From NCBI RefSeq assembly GCF_006345805.1, contig NC_042998.1, positions 3,844,001 through 3,908,000 of the forward strand: a stretch of DNA of 64,000 nt, written 5' to 3'. The notes under the pieces were generated by a model that was not told the DNA's origin, searched no databases, and saw only the letters and a list, made by a program, of their open reading frames with translations. The stretch's first letter is position 1. Each line of letters begins with the position of its first letter. Position numbers and translations under genes: made by a program. The stretch comes from Octopus sinensis. Taxonomy: Eukaryota. Below are positions 12,749-24,280 of this stretch, one piece after another.

Positions 12749-13445
12749 CATGGCTCACTGGTTAGAATGTCAGGCTCAAATCATGAGGTAGCAAGTTCGA
12801 ATCCCAAAACAGGCTGTGTGTTGTGTTCTTCAGCAAGACACTTTATTTCATGTTTTTCCAGTTCACTCAGCTGTATCGGCCTTTGCCTTTCTCTTGGATA
12901 ACATTGGTGGTGTGGAGAGCGGAGGCTGGTATTCATGCGTGACTGCTGGTCTTCCATAAAACAGCTTTTCTTGGACTTGTGCCTTGGAAGGTAACTTTCT
13001 AGGTACTTACCTACTTGTACTTGTGGCAACATTCACCCTTGGCGGGTTGAATTGGCTTCTTCCTTGGAAGAAGTTTCGTGGGAATATGTGGATTTCACAA
13101 GCAATCCCCTATGTAGAGACATCCTGTTTGCCACAGATTGTCCCCGCAGACGCAGGGACAGAATGACCGAGGAACCACCGGTTGCCAAAACAGACACTCC
13201 GAGGATTTTCACCAGAGCCCGGTATCAGAGCACCTGATACCACTCGGTGTCAGACCAATCTGCCTTGGGTGGCCCTACCGGGAACCGAAGTTCCCAACAG
13301 CATAGCTCTGACACTACCTGTTGCCAGCGTCCCCACCACGGCGAGGAGGGGATGGACTTTGGGGATTATGCCTAGAAAGTTCACCTTACCCTGAACTTTC
13401 TAGGCGCGATCCTATGGTCATTCATGACCAACTGGTGTCTTTACC
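12749..13445 (+). mobile_element. SINE family C split by the 13004-13393 insertion
   Basis: Removing the insert and one TSD restores GGTAACTTTCTAGG.GC.ATCC.ATGGTCATTCATGAC, as in the other C copies. Confidence 0.8.
13004..13393 (-). mobile_element. Non-autonomous RTE-derived element (5' leader plus 3' tail), highly structured
   Basis: 11-bp TSD AACTTTCTAGG (12993-13003 and 13394-13404). CAAGTACAAGTAGGTAAGTA tail. The 3' 30 nt are shared with the LINE end at 1944-2240. The leader motif GAGCTATG...AGGGCCACCCAAG resembles RTE 5' ends (recalled, not searched). Confidence 0.7.
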
Positions 13446-13949
13446 AATGTTCATGTGCTTACTTATTAACTAGCCAGGTAGTTGTTCTGTGAGAAGCCAA
13501 ATACACTTTTGGTTATAAACAAATTATTACTTTACAACAATATCACAAAATCATTTTATGTATATTAGTATATCCTAAACATTTAATATGAATTCACATA
13601 CTGAATGGTAAAAAGAATACTGTAAAAACAATATTGGACTGATAGTCATAACAATAAATATACCAATATGTGGAATGACATTTTTAGGCACCACATTGTT
13701 ATTGACGAAAATTTCAAAATCTTATTTGTAACAATATAGATATCTGTCTGAGGAAATATGACACTAAATAATTGTATATATTTTCTTTAAGATCAAAAGT
13801 TATTTGTATTATGACATGATTAATTATAAAGTTTAATATAAAATGCAAAGAGAGCGGAATTGTTAATAAGCCTGACTAGAGACCAAAGGTTATTAATATA
13901 GTAACTATTATTCGTTTTGATTATACACCTAGCTAAGTGAGATCGTTAC

Positions 13950-14351
13950 CAGAGCAACAAGCTGGCCTCCATGCTGATGGCACGTTAAAAACACCATTTG
14001 AGCGTGATTGTTACCTGTGTTGCCTTACTAGCACTTGTTCTGGTGGCACGTGAAAGAAAACATTCGAGCGAGGTCATTGCCAGTGGACTGGCTCCTGTTT
14101 AAGTGGCACATAAAAAGCACCATTTGAGCATGGTCATTGCCAGTACCACCTAACTGGCCGTCATGCTGGTGGCACATAAAAGCACCCACTACACTCTCAG
14201 AGTGATTGGTGTTAGGAAGGGCATCCAGCTGTAGAAACTCTGCCTGATCAGATCGGAGCCTGGTGCAGCCACCTGGTTCGCCAGACCTTAGTCAAATTGT
14301 CCAACCCATGCTAGCATGGAAAGCGGACGTTAAACGATGATGATGATGATG
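13950..14351 (+). mobile_element. RTE 3'-UTR fragment
   Basis: Several TGGCAC(G/A)T sub-repeats and a (GAT)n tail. Confidence 0.75.
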
Positions 14352-14433
14352 TAAATTATGTGAAGAATAGAAAGCAACATAGAATATGCTGAAAACAGGA
14401 CAGTTTCAATTCTTAGTTGGGATTATTATTTAA

Positions 14434-15028
14434 CTTCTTATTACTATTTCATAACCAGATTATTGCTGAAATACATCTTTTGTGATTAATTTTGGAAATA
14501 ACGAAGAATTTAGTAAAATAACTTTTATTATCAAGCTGGTGTTAGGAATATAAATTAACATGAAATTTTTATGGAGTGGCTGTGTGGTAAGTAGCTTGCT
14601 TACCAACCACATGGTTCCCGGTTCAGTCCCACTGCGTGGCACCTTAGGCAAGTAGCCTCAGGCCGACCAATGCCTTGTGAGTGGATTTGGTAGACAGAAA
14701 CTGAAAGAAGCCTGTCATATATATGTATATATGTGTGTATATGTTTGTGTGTCTGTGTTTCTCCCCCCAACATCGTTTGACAACCGATGCTGGTGCATTT
14801 ATGTCCCTGTAACTTAGCAGTTCGGCAAAAGTGTCCGATAGAATAAGTACTAGGCTTACAAAGAATAAGTCCTGGGTTTGATTTGCTTGACTAAAGGTGG
14901 TGCTCCAGCATGGCTGCAGTCAAATAACTGAAACAAGTAAAAGAGTAAAAATTTTTAAGCTAATTTAAAAATATGAAGTTTATATTGGAGAACCATCGAT
15001 GGTCTCGACAAGGTCGTTACCAAAAGGG
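14434..15028. mobile_element. Diverged relative of piggyBac-type MITE family 1, split by a SINE
   Basis: Shares the internal AAGAATTTAGTAAAATAAC...GTTAGGAA segment and ends AAAAGGG|TTAA. A SINE A copy lies at 14573-14950. Confidence 0.55.
14573..14950 (+). mobile_element. SINE family A (inside a MITE)
   Basis: Near full-length match. Confidence 0.85.
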
Positions 15029-15800
15029 TTAAGGGCTTCAGATTAATATGATTCTGTTTTACCTTCTATATTACCTCCTTAATTGAGGGCAATAGCATAT
15101 CACTACTAAACAATAGTCAAACATTTCATATTTGATTCCAGTTTATTTTATCAGTGTATGAAATACATAAATAAATAACAGAATTCACCTTCTTTGAATT
15201 ATTGGCACTTATTTTATCAAAACAGTAAGCACCAAAAATTTTAGTCTCTCTCTCTCTCTTTCATGCAGCTAAATGAAGCTAATAAATATTACATGTACTA
15301 ATTTCTGAATCAAAAATTACAAGCAGTAAACAATGTTTACTTATAAATCAAATTCCAAATGAATATCACAATGCAAAGTGTGATAAACATAATTTTTATT
15401 GACACTCTTTTTCGAAAAAAGAGAAAATTTATTTCCTATAAAATTTGAATTATGAAATGATTGTAGAAGTTTTTATCGGTTTTTAAATTACAAATATTGT
15501 TATGTTTTATGTAATGTTTAAGAGAGCTCAGTAGTTAGAAAACCAAACTAGAAACTGAAGTTCGTGTGTTAGAAAACTTGCATTTATTAAATACTATAAC
15601 ACTTTCTTGATACATTAGCTAGTTCTTGATTTTCTTGTTTTCACTATAACATAAAAGCAACAATACGTTTGATGAGAATCTTTTGCTAATAACTATCAAA
15701 AGTATTTCAATGTACACTAAAGACAAGTACTCAGAAATACTGAATGAGGAGAAACACATTTCTGATTGCTATCAATAATTAAAAATAAATGTAATACTTA

Positions 15801-16033
15801 TTTCTTTACTACCCACAAGGGGCTAAACACAGAGGGTGGCAAACAAGGACAGACAAACGAATTAAGTTGATTATATCGACCCCAGTGCGTAACTGGTACT
15901 TAATTTATTGACCCTGAAAGGATGAAAAGCAAAGTCGATCTCGGCGGAATTTGAACTCAGAACGTAACGGTAGACGAAATACGGCTACGCATTTCGCCCG
16001 GCGTGCTAACGTTTCTGCCAGCTTGCTGCCTTG
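15801..16033 (-). mobile_element. SINE family B
   Basis: Full-length, with a 16-bp TSD ATAAATGTAATACTTA (15785-15800 and 16034-16049). Confidence 0.9.
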
Positions 16034-16289
16034 ATAAATGTAATACTTATAAAGGACTTGTAATATACAGTCCTTATATATAATATTGGTGCACAACTCA
16101 TAGGGAAAGGGTGTACAACACGTGGGGACAGAAAGTAGCAATAAGTTAGGTAAGAAAAAGGTAGCAATAATTATCAAATGTATTCTTATGTATATCTCAA
16201 TCAGCATAAGGAAGTATATTTATCTAATCATCTCTATTTACCTACTTACGTATCTATAATCAAAAGTAAAGGCACATTAAGGGTGACAC

Positions 16290-17050
16290 AAAAGAAATTA
16301 AATGAGTTGGCCTCAACAGCTGCAGTTAGGGATTACTCCAAACTACGTGGGTTAAAATAAATCAATGAGAGTTCCTGAAGTTTCAGAGAGTCTCTCCAAC
16401 ATAGGACTCCAAGACTTTGGTGATACAACTAGTGAGACAAATAGAGCAATTGCTTGCAGATGGTGTGTTGTAACCCATTTTGAACAAGGAAACAACACTG
16501 GCAATTTTCAACAGTTTTGCAGGGGAACACTATTATTAACCCTTTCGTTACTGTATTTATTTTGAAATGCTCTGTGTTTCTTTCAATTACTTTAAATATA
16601 ACAAAGAATTTAGTAAAACAACTTAGTTATCATTCAGCTAGTGTTAGGAACATAAATTGTGTCTAAGGTTTGGTGGAGGATTTTAATTCAAAACTTATGA
16701 AAATAAGACATTTGTATTACAGAGTCAGAGCTGGTTTCAGCCGGGTTGGTATCAAAAGGGTAGGATTGGAAGAGGAGTGAAAGCTGGTGCAGAAGAAATA
16801 GGCAGCTGTATTTAAGAAGCAGATAAGTAATACCAACAAGATCAGGGGAAGTGTAGTTGTACATATTCTTAAGGTGGCTGTTATGAAATTTGGTGCTAGT
16901 GGCAATGAAGCTGGTACATTTGGATTTTCAACAGTAAGAACATCAGCGTAACATCTAGCAATAAACTCTGTGTACTTTTTGGATCATCTATAATCTGGCC
17001 TGGAGGGTCTTGTGGAAAAGGCCAACTGAAGAGTGAGGGTTCTGTTTCAA
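16290..17050 (-). mobile_element. Old CR1/Jockey-type LINE RT remnant interrupted by a MITE
   Basis: Frameshifted minus-strand peptides: YTSPDLVGITYLLLKY, then SVFP.KLLKIASVVSLFKMG, then SICLTSCITKVLES. These are collinear with the LINE RT N-terminal motifs (KSPGPDGI, FP..WK.A.V, YRPISLTS..SKVLE). Confidence 0.65.
16540..16760. mobile_element. piggyBac-type MITE, family 1 (second copy)
   Basis: Near-identical to 2602-2815 along its length. Left TTAA is intact and the right one is lost. Sits inside a LINE RT remnant. Confidence 0.75.
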
Positions 17051-18403
17051 ATACACGTGATTTATAAAAAGAAAATGCATGCACATGCACACACACACAC
17101 ACACAAGTATATATATGTGTGTGCATATATGCATAAATGTATTCTTATGTATATCTCAATCAGCATAAGGAAGTATATTTATCTAATTATCTCCGTTTAT
17201 CTACTTACCTATTTATCTGTCTACCTATCTAATTATCTACCTGTCTATCTACCTATCAAATTATCTTCCTACCTATCTGTCTATCGATCTCTAGCTATCT
17301 GCCTACCTATCTGTCTATAATTATCTACCAACTCATCTACCTGCCTGTGTGTATATATTATGTGTATATATGTATATATATATATAATTTTTTTTTTTTT
17401 ACTTGTTTAAATTTATGTGGACTGCTTCAATGATCAAATATTTCATATTAAATTGCAGAATATCTGGTCATCTCTGGCATGATGGTGTTGATGTTGGTCA
17501 CATTAGTAGTGGTAATGGTGTTATTGGTGTTGTTGTTACTGTTATAGTTGCTATGTTGTTGTTGGTGGCAGTGATTGGGCTATTTAAACAGTAAAGCTAT
17601 TAATGAGACACTAGTGCATTTAGTAGAGGAAAGCATTTGTTGTTAGGGAATGCTAATATTTTAATATTAGTTGATGTTTTAGCTCCAAATCATTCCTGAT
17701 AGAGCAGACCTAGAATCAAAGGCACTCCACCCATAACCATCAATATTTTTGAGGGTATATTTAGGGCTGTATTATCTGTTATACCAGAAATTACATTGCT
17801 ATTTAAGAAAGTAAGGTGTAATTCAAGAGAACTTTGGCTGCTATTTCTTGCAGGGTTAGTGACCATGAAGAGACTTCCTTGTTGGCTCACTTTCTATAAA
17901 TGTTGATATTTGAGGTAATATACAAGTGCAGGAAAGAGGGACAAAGATTTATAGATTTTTGTCAAATAGCTGTGGGTGGATGAAAATAGCAGATGCAAGA
18001 GTAAGAAATTCCAAAAAGAAATATTTCAAATGGTATTTGTGAAATGTTGCCCTGGGATGAGTAATATGATGTAAATAGTTTCTGTTATCGCTAATCTTTG
18101 ATTAATAGTGATGTTAATTGTATAATAGAAAAGTTAATTTAGCTGTTGCAAGATTCAAATTCAGATTACAAAGGCTATAAATTATTCAGCCTATCTTGGA
18201 TTTCCTTTCAAGATTTCTCAGCTAATGCCGTTAATGAAAGAAGGCAGGGATAATGGTAACAGTATTATTTGTAGAGGTAGAACAAGATGGTGGTTTTAGG
18301 CCTGTGTAGTAAACAATAATGGTGCACAATAAGCTGTGAGTAGTAAGGCTTTGAAATAACCAACTGAATTTCTTGGTATTCTACAGAGAAATGGCAAATT
18401 AAT

Positions 18404-18628
18404 ATCCTAAAGCTTTATAATGATGACTTATGGCAATTTAAAATCCTAAAGCTTTATAATGATGACTTATGGCAATTTAAAATCCTAAAGCTTTATAATG
18501 ATGACTTATGGCAATTTAAAATCCTAAAGCTTTATAATGGTAACTAATATCTATTTAAAATCCTAAGGCTTTATGCTGATAACTTATGGCAATTTAAAAT
18601 CTTAAAGCTTTATAATGGTAATATATGG
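18404..18628. repeat. 39-bp minisatellite, about 5.5 copies
   Basis: Unit ATCCTAAAGCTTTATAATGATGACTTATGGCAATTTAAA starting at 18404, 18443 and onward. Confidence 0.9.
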
Positions 18629-19149
18629 CTGACTTTTAATCCATGTTTTACTGTTGTTGCTTTTTTTACTCAAAGAATGGTGATTCTATCTACCCTTTTA
18701 TACTTTTTGTTCCCTTGTTATTATTATTTTTTTTTGCTGCACAACCAAATCACCTTACTAAATATTTTCTTTTGTAATACTTTAGAATTACAAGTTTCTG
18801 GAATTGTTATACTGCATATGATTACCAATCTGTTTACTAATCTGGAGCAATTCAAATAAAATTCTAACAACACTAATCTCAGGGAAATGTTTCATTTTTA
18901 TTCTTCTATATATAGATTAGTTAAATCCATTTAGTCTTTATGGACCTGAATTTAAAAAAAGGCCTGGAAAAGAAAGGAAAAAGAATGAACCATAAGTAAA
19001 AAATATATTAAATCAAACAAACCCAGTTTAATACTATTTAGTTCTGAGCTAGGTTTGGTTAGTATTAAAGGTAATGTCTCTGCTATGATAGGTCAGAGGT
19101 AAGAGTATCAGAGCTATTTATATTGGCAGTGTTTTATGTCACAGTCTTA

Positions 19150-19520
19150 ATAGTTGTAGTGACAATGTGTCATCATCACCATTGTCATCATCATCATCAT
19201 CATCTTCATCACTATCACTATCATTGTTGTTGTCAATATTAGCAGCACCACTATATCATCATCATCATCATCATTAGCACCACCACTACTACAACCACTG
19301 TTGCCATTATCACTACCAACATTATGACCTCCACCACCATCACTAACATCATTGTCATTATCATCCTCGCCACAAACATCATTACCATCATCACCACCAC
19401 CACCAACCCAACCCAACCCCCACCGCTATCGTCATCATTGTTTTCATTTTCCATAATTATCATAACCACTCCACTGCTGCTATCATCATCATTGTCATCC
19501 CCATCATCACTATCAACACA
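19150..19520. repeat. CAT/CAC trinucleotide low-complexity tract
   Basis: Directly visible. Confidence 0.85.
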
Positions 19521-19564
19521 CATATTTGTATGTCATTCTTTATTAGTTTGAAAGTTTGAATAAT

Positions 19565-19966
19565 AGGCGCAGGAGTGGCTGTGTGGTAAGTAGCTTGCTT
19601 ACTAACCACATGGTTCCAGGTTCATTCCCACTGTGTGGCACCTTGGGCAAGTGTCTTCTACTACAGCCTTGGGCTGACCAAAGCCTTGTGAGTGGATTTG
19701 GTAGATGGAAACTGAAAGAAGCCCGTCGTATATATGTGTGTGTATGTATATGTTTGTGCGTCTAGGATTCCCCCCCCCACCACCATCGTTTGACAACCAA
19801 TGGTGGTGTGTTTACATCCCCGTAACTGAGCGGTTCAGCAAAAGAGACCGATAGAATAAGTACTAGGCTTACAAAGAATAAGTCCTGGGGTCGATTTACT
19901 CAACTAAAGGCGGTGCTCCAGCATGGCCGCAGTCAATTGATTGAAACAAGTAAAAGAGTAAAAGAG
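19565..19966 (+). mobile_element. SINE family A
   Basis: Full-length match with A/B boxes and tail. Confidence 0.85.
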
Positions 19967-20234
19967 CAATAGATAAATTGTTAGTAAGACTTTAATATCA
20001 AGGATTATGAAATAGAAAATCATGGATAAGGGCAAATATGAATTTGTTAAGGCATTCCTCACCTCATCATCCTACTTAGGATGTAATGAATTTTCTTACT
20101 TCCAATTTTTACCAACACTGTTGGTCAATATACTTTTCAAAGTAACATTGGTGAAACAGAAGTACTGTCACTGAAATTGGAAGCACTAAGATGGTTCCTG
20201 TAAATCCAGTCAATGGAACAGCCTGCCGGCAGAA

Positions 20235-20688
20235 TTAATGTGCAGGTGGCTGAGGGTGGCACGTAAAAAGTACCATCCGATTGTGGCTGTTTGCCAGCCT
20301 CGTCCGGCCCCTGTGCCGGTGGCACGTAAAAAGCACCATCCGATTGTGGCCATTTGCCAGCCTCATCCGGCCCCTGTGCTGGTGGCACGTAAAAAGCATC
20401 ATCCGATCGTGGCCGTTGCCAGCCTCGTCCGGCCCCTGTGCCGGTGGCACGTAAAAAGCACCATCCAATCGTGGCCGTTTGCCAGCCTCATCTGGCCCCT
20501 GTGCCGGTGGAACGTAAAAAGCACCCACTACACTCACGGAGTGGTTGGCATTAGGAAGGGCATCCAGCTGTAGAAACACTGCCAGATCAGACTGGGCCTG
20601 GTGCAGCCTTCTGGCTTCCCAGACCGCAGTTGAATCGTCCAACCCATGCTAGCATGGAAACGGACGTTAAACGATGATGATGATGATG
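20235..20688 (+). mobile_element. RTE 3'-UTR fragment with a 63-bp tandem expansion
   Basis: Unit starts at 20255, 20318, 20381, 20443 and 20506, then the terminal region and a (GAT)n tail. Confidence 0.8.
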
Positions 20689-20699
20689 AAATATATATA

Positions 20700-21348
20700 T
20701 ATGTGTGTGTGTGTATGTTTGTGTGTCTGTGTCAGTCTCCCAACATTGCTTGATAACCGATGCTGGTGTGTTTACATCCCCATAACTTAGTTTGGCAAAA
20801 GAGACTGATAAAATAAGTGCTAGGCTTACAAAGAATAAACCCTGGGATCGATTTCTTCGAGTAAAGGTGGTGCTCCAGCATGGCCACAGTCAAATGATCA
20901 AAACAAATAAAAGAGTATATATTACATACATACATATATGTATGGCGCAGGAGTGGCTGTGTGGTAAGTAGCTTGCTAACCAACCACATGGTTCCAGGTT
21001 CAGTCCCACTGTGTGGCATCTTGAGCAAGTGTCTTCTGCTATAGCCCCGGGCCGACCAATGCCTTGTGAGTGGATTTGGTAGACGGAAACTGAAAGAAGC
21101 CTGTCGTATATATGTATATATATATATGAGCGTGTGTGTATATGTTTGTGTGTCTGTGTTTGTCCCCCTAGCATTGCTTGACAACTGATACTGGTGTGTT
21201 TACGTCCCCGTCACTTAGCAGTTCGGCAAAAAGTGACCGATAGAATAAGTACTGGGTTTAGAAAGAATAAGTCCCGGGGTCGATTTGCTCGACTAAAGGT
21301 GGTGCTCCAGCATGGCTGCAGTCAAATGACTGAAACAAGTAAAAGAGT
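20700..21348 (+). mobile_element. SINE family A: a 3' half followed by a full copy
   Basis: 3' half at about 20700-20915 and a full copy at about 20944-21348. Confidence 0.85.
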
Positions 21349-22384
21349 AATATGTGTGTATAGATAGAAAGACAGATACATTCGCACAGTTTTTTTCTTT
21401 CTCCAAAGCAAATGAATGAGACCTAAACAAAAAACAAAACTGAAGCAAGCTAGTTGTATACATTTTACGTGTGTTTAAAAGTAATAATAATGGTGAAGAA
21501 AGTGGTGGTGGTGGTGGTAGTTATTGAGGATGGTAATGGTTGTGAGGATGATGGTGATGACGTTTATTAGCAGTTTCTTACGATACAGTTGTAATTGAGA
21601 AAAAAAGATGTAGTTAAGCTATGTTCTCACAGTTCATTATTTGTATTTTCTACAATAATGAACAGTAAAGATGGAAGAGGAAAATAGCAAGAAGGAAGTC
21701 TGGATGATATGTTTAGGAAAGAGAGAGAGATATATATAAAACATATATGTGTATACACACATATATATATATATATATATGGACGTATATATGCACACAC
21801 AAAGATAGAGAGGGAAAGTGAGTGATAAGGTGGTCTGAGAGAACAGAAATATGAACAAGTTAATTAATAGGAATGAGACAAAGTAAACTAGTAAATTTTT
21901 TCCCAAGGTCTTTACTATTGCTTTGTTAAATGATCTTTCTGATTAGTAACCAGAAACTGTCAACTCTTCTGCTTGGTAATTAAGCTGCATGGGGCTTGCA
22001 TATGTCTTTATTTATAATCAGTAGTTCTTTTGTTCTTAGTATTGTTGTTGCTGTGGTTACTGAATGTATAGCTTTGAATGGCAATCTCTGTAGACTCATG
22101 CATACTCACATCCACACCCACACATACCATGCACCAATCTGTGCAGTTTCTAGTTCCTATAGAATATATATATATGTATATATGTATGTTCTGTCTTTTA
22201 CTTTTTTCAGTTATTAGACTGTGGCCATACTGGGGCACAGCTTTGAAAGAAATTAGTTGAACAAACTGGTTCGAGTAATTAAAATTAAGTCTGGTACTTA
22301 CCCTAGTAGCTGAAGGACTTATATATGGAGATATAAACAAACTAACACTGGTTGTGAATTGGTGCTGGGGGACAAACACAACAC

Positions 22385-22416
<32 letters not shown>

Positions 22417-22420
<4 letters not shown>

Positions 22421-22657
22421 GTAACTTAGGGTATCTACGAGATACTGCCATGCTGAAAATAGCAACCAGGATCTGACTCTAAAACCACCTTAAGTGTTCC
22501 TATAGCACAAGGAGAGAAGACAAATTAAAACTAGTAAAACATTACTGGATATGTCTTCTCTCCTTGTGCTATATGAACACTTAAGGTGGTTTAAGAGTCA
22601 GATCCTGGCTGTTATTTTCAGCATGGCAGTATCTCATAGATACTCTAAGTTATAATT
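22417..22657. mobile_element. Fold-back element/MITE: about 105-bp arms, 29-nt spacer
   Basis: AATTGTAACTTAGGGTATCTACGAGATACTGCCATGCTG...GAGAAGACA is the near-perfect reverse complement of TGTCTTCTC...CAGCATGGCAGTATCTCATAGATACTCTAAGTTATAATT. It lies in a TA-rich context. Confidence 0.75.
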
Positions 22658-22754
22658 TTAATAATAATTATTACCTTTTGAAGGATTTTATTTCCATGCT
22701 GGCCACTTGATAAGATCGTTAATTTAAATTAATGATCTTATCCTAATTTTTATA

Positions 22755-24280
22755 CTCACACACACACATACCCAGAACCATAATAGCTTTGGAGTGAAAT
22801 TTAGGATTTCTTGATTTTCTGTGAATTGATTTTGGTAAAATTTCCCCCAGCTGGTCTGCACACTATGACAACACCATTGTTATGTTTTCATTATTCTGTG
22901 TAACATCCTCTCCTTTTTATTTCAGATTCTTCAGGTTTTGGGGGAACCACGCTTTTGAATGAAAATTGTCCATCTAGACATTTTTTTTCAGAAATTGAAG
23001 TGTAATGATAGATATTAAGCAGGCATTGAGTACATATTTAACAGAAAACCATACTAATATTATAACATTTATTGATGTAATGAATTATTTAGGTACATGA
23101 GTGCCATTTTGAGGGATAACTTCAAAAACCCTGTTACTCATGGAATCTGTCAATTTCTTTATAGGAGCAGGCAGGACTGCTTCTGCAACAGTTTTTGATG
23201 GTCATCCATAAGATATCTTTTGATATGGATTGGCATCCATTGGCATAAACATCTACTTTAATGATGGACCAAAGATTTTTGACAGGGTTGAGATCTGGAG
23301 AGGCTAGTGGCCACATCATTAACCTTTGACCTTGTATGCCATTAGACTCTAGGAATGTTTGGGTGGTCCTGGCAGAGTGGGAGGGAGCGTTGTTGTACAC
23401 GAATATGAGATTCTTTAGAAGTGACAGCTGTATGTCATCAAGTCAGGGATCCAAGACCTCCTTCAGGAGATTGCAGAAGGCAGCTGCGGTCACTTTAACC
23501 TCTTCAGGTACCCTGACTGGGCCAACAAGTCTGTCCCCAATGATACCAGCCCACAACATGACGACTCCTCTACACTGTTGTTGATGTCATAAATATTGGT
23601 GATGCTCATCCCCAAAATAGTCTCAACCTTTTGCCAAACTGTCAGGTTCGTCAAGGTTTGCTCTGGTTTGGTTGGTGAACAGAACACAACTCAAGTCTAA
23701 TGTCATGTACTTTTGGGGCCATTGAACCCTCAAACTCCTGTGAGGAGGCTGTTTTTGCACAGAAGCCATGGTCTCGAGGATGCAATTTCTTGTGGTTTTC
23801 AAAACATGAGAAATTCCAGAGATGGTGAAAATGTCTTTGCTTGTTTGTCCAGGTTTCCCTTGTAACTCACGGCCAATATTCTTTAAACCCCTAGCTGTCA
23901 CAGTCTTGGAGGTCTCATAATCAGATCATTTTCCTTTGGTGCTCATGTGGCTAGATAATTCATTACGTCAATAAATGTTAGAATATTATTATAGTTTTCT
24001 GTTAAATATATACTCAGTGTATGCTTAATCTATATCATTACCCTTCATTTTCTGAAATATAATGTCTAGATAGGCTATTTCCATTCAAAAGCTATTAGCA
24101 TGGTTCAACCAAAACCTGAAGAATCTGAAACAAAAAAGAGAAGACATTGCACAAAATAATGGAAACATAAAGATGGTGTTGCCATAGTGTGGCAAACCAG
24201 CTGGGAAAAGTTTTATCAAAATCAATTCACAGAAAACCAAGAAATCTTAAATTTCACTCCTAAGCTATTAGTATGGTTCT

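Noticed and set aside
13310-13370. A complete HDV-like ribozyme fold at the start of the RTE-derived insert
   Set aside because: The L3-like UCCUCGC and a 6-bp P1-like pairing exist, but P3 has a central mismatch and P1.1 is not GG. It is kept only as an open candidate in the findings, not called as a feature.
17650-18200. Possible Penelope-like RT remnant on the minus strand (YLH..HPRA...)
   Set aside because: Too degenerate to support a call by eye.
18404-18628. Regular 39-bp repeat (CRISPR-like length)
   Set aside because: The units are contiguous with no unique spacers and no cas genes, in a eukaryotic context: a minisatellite.
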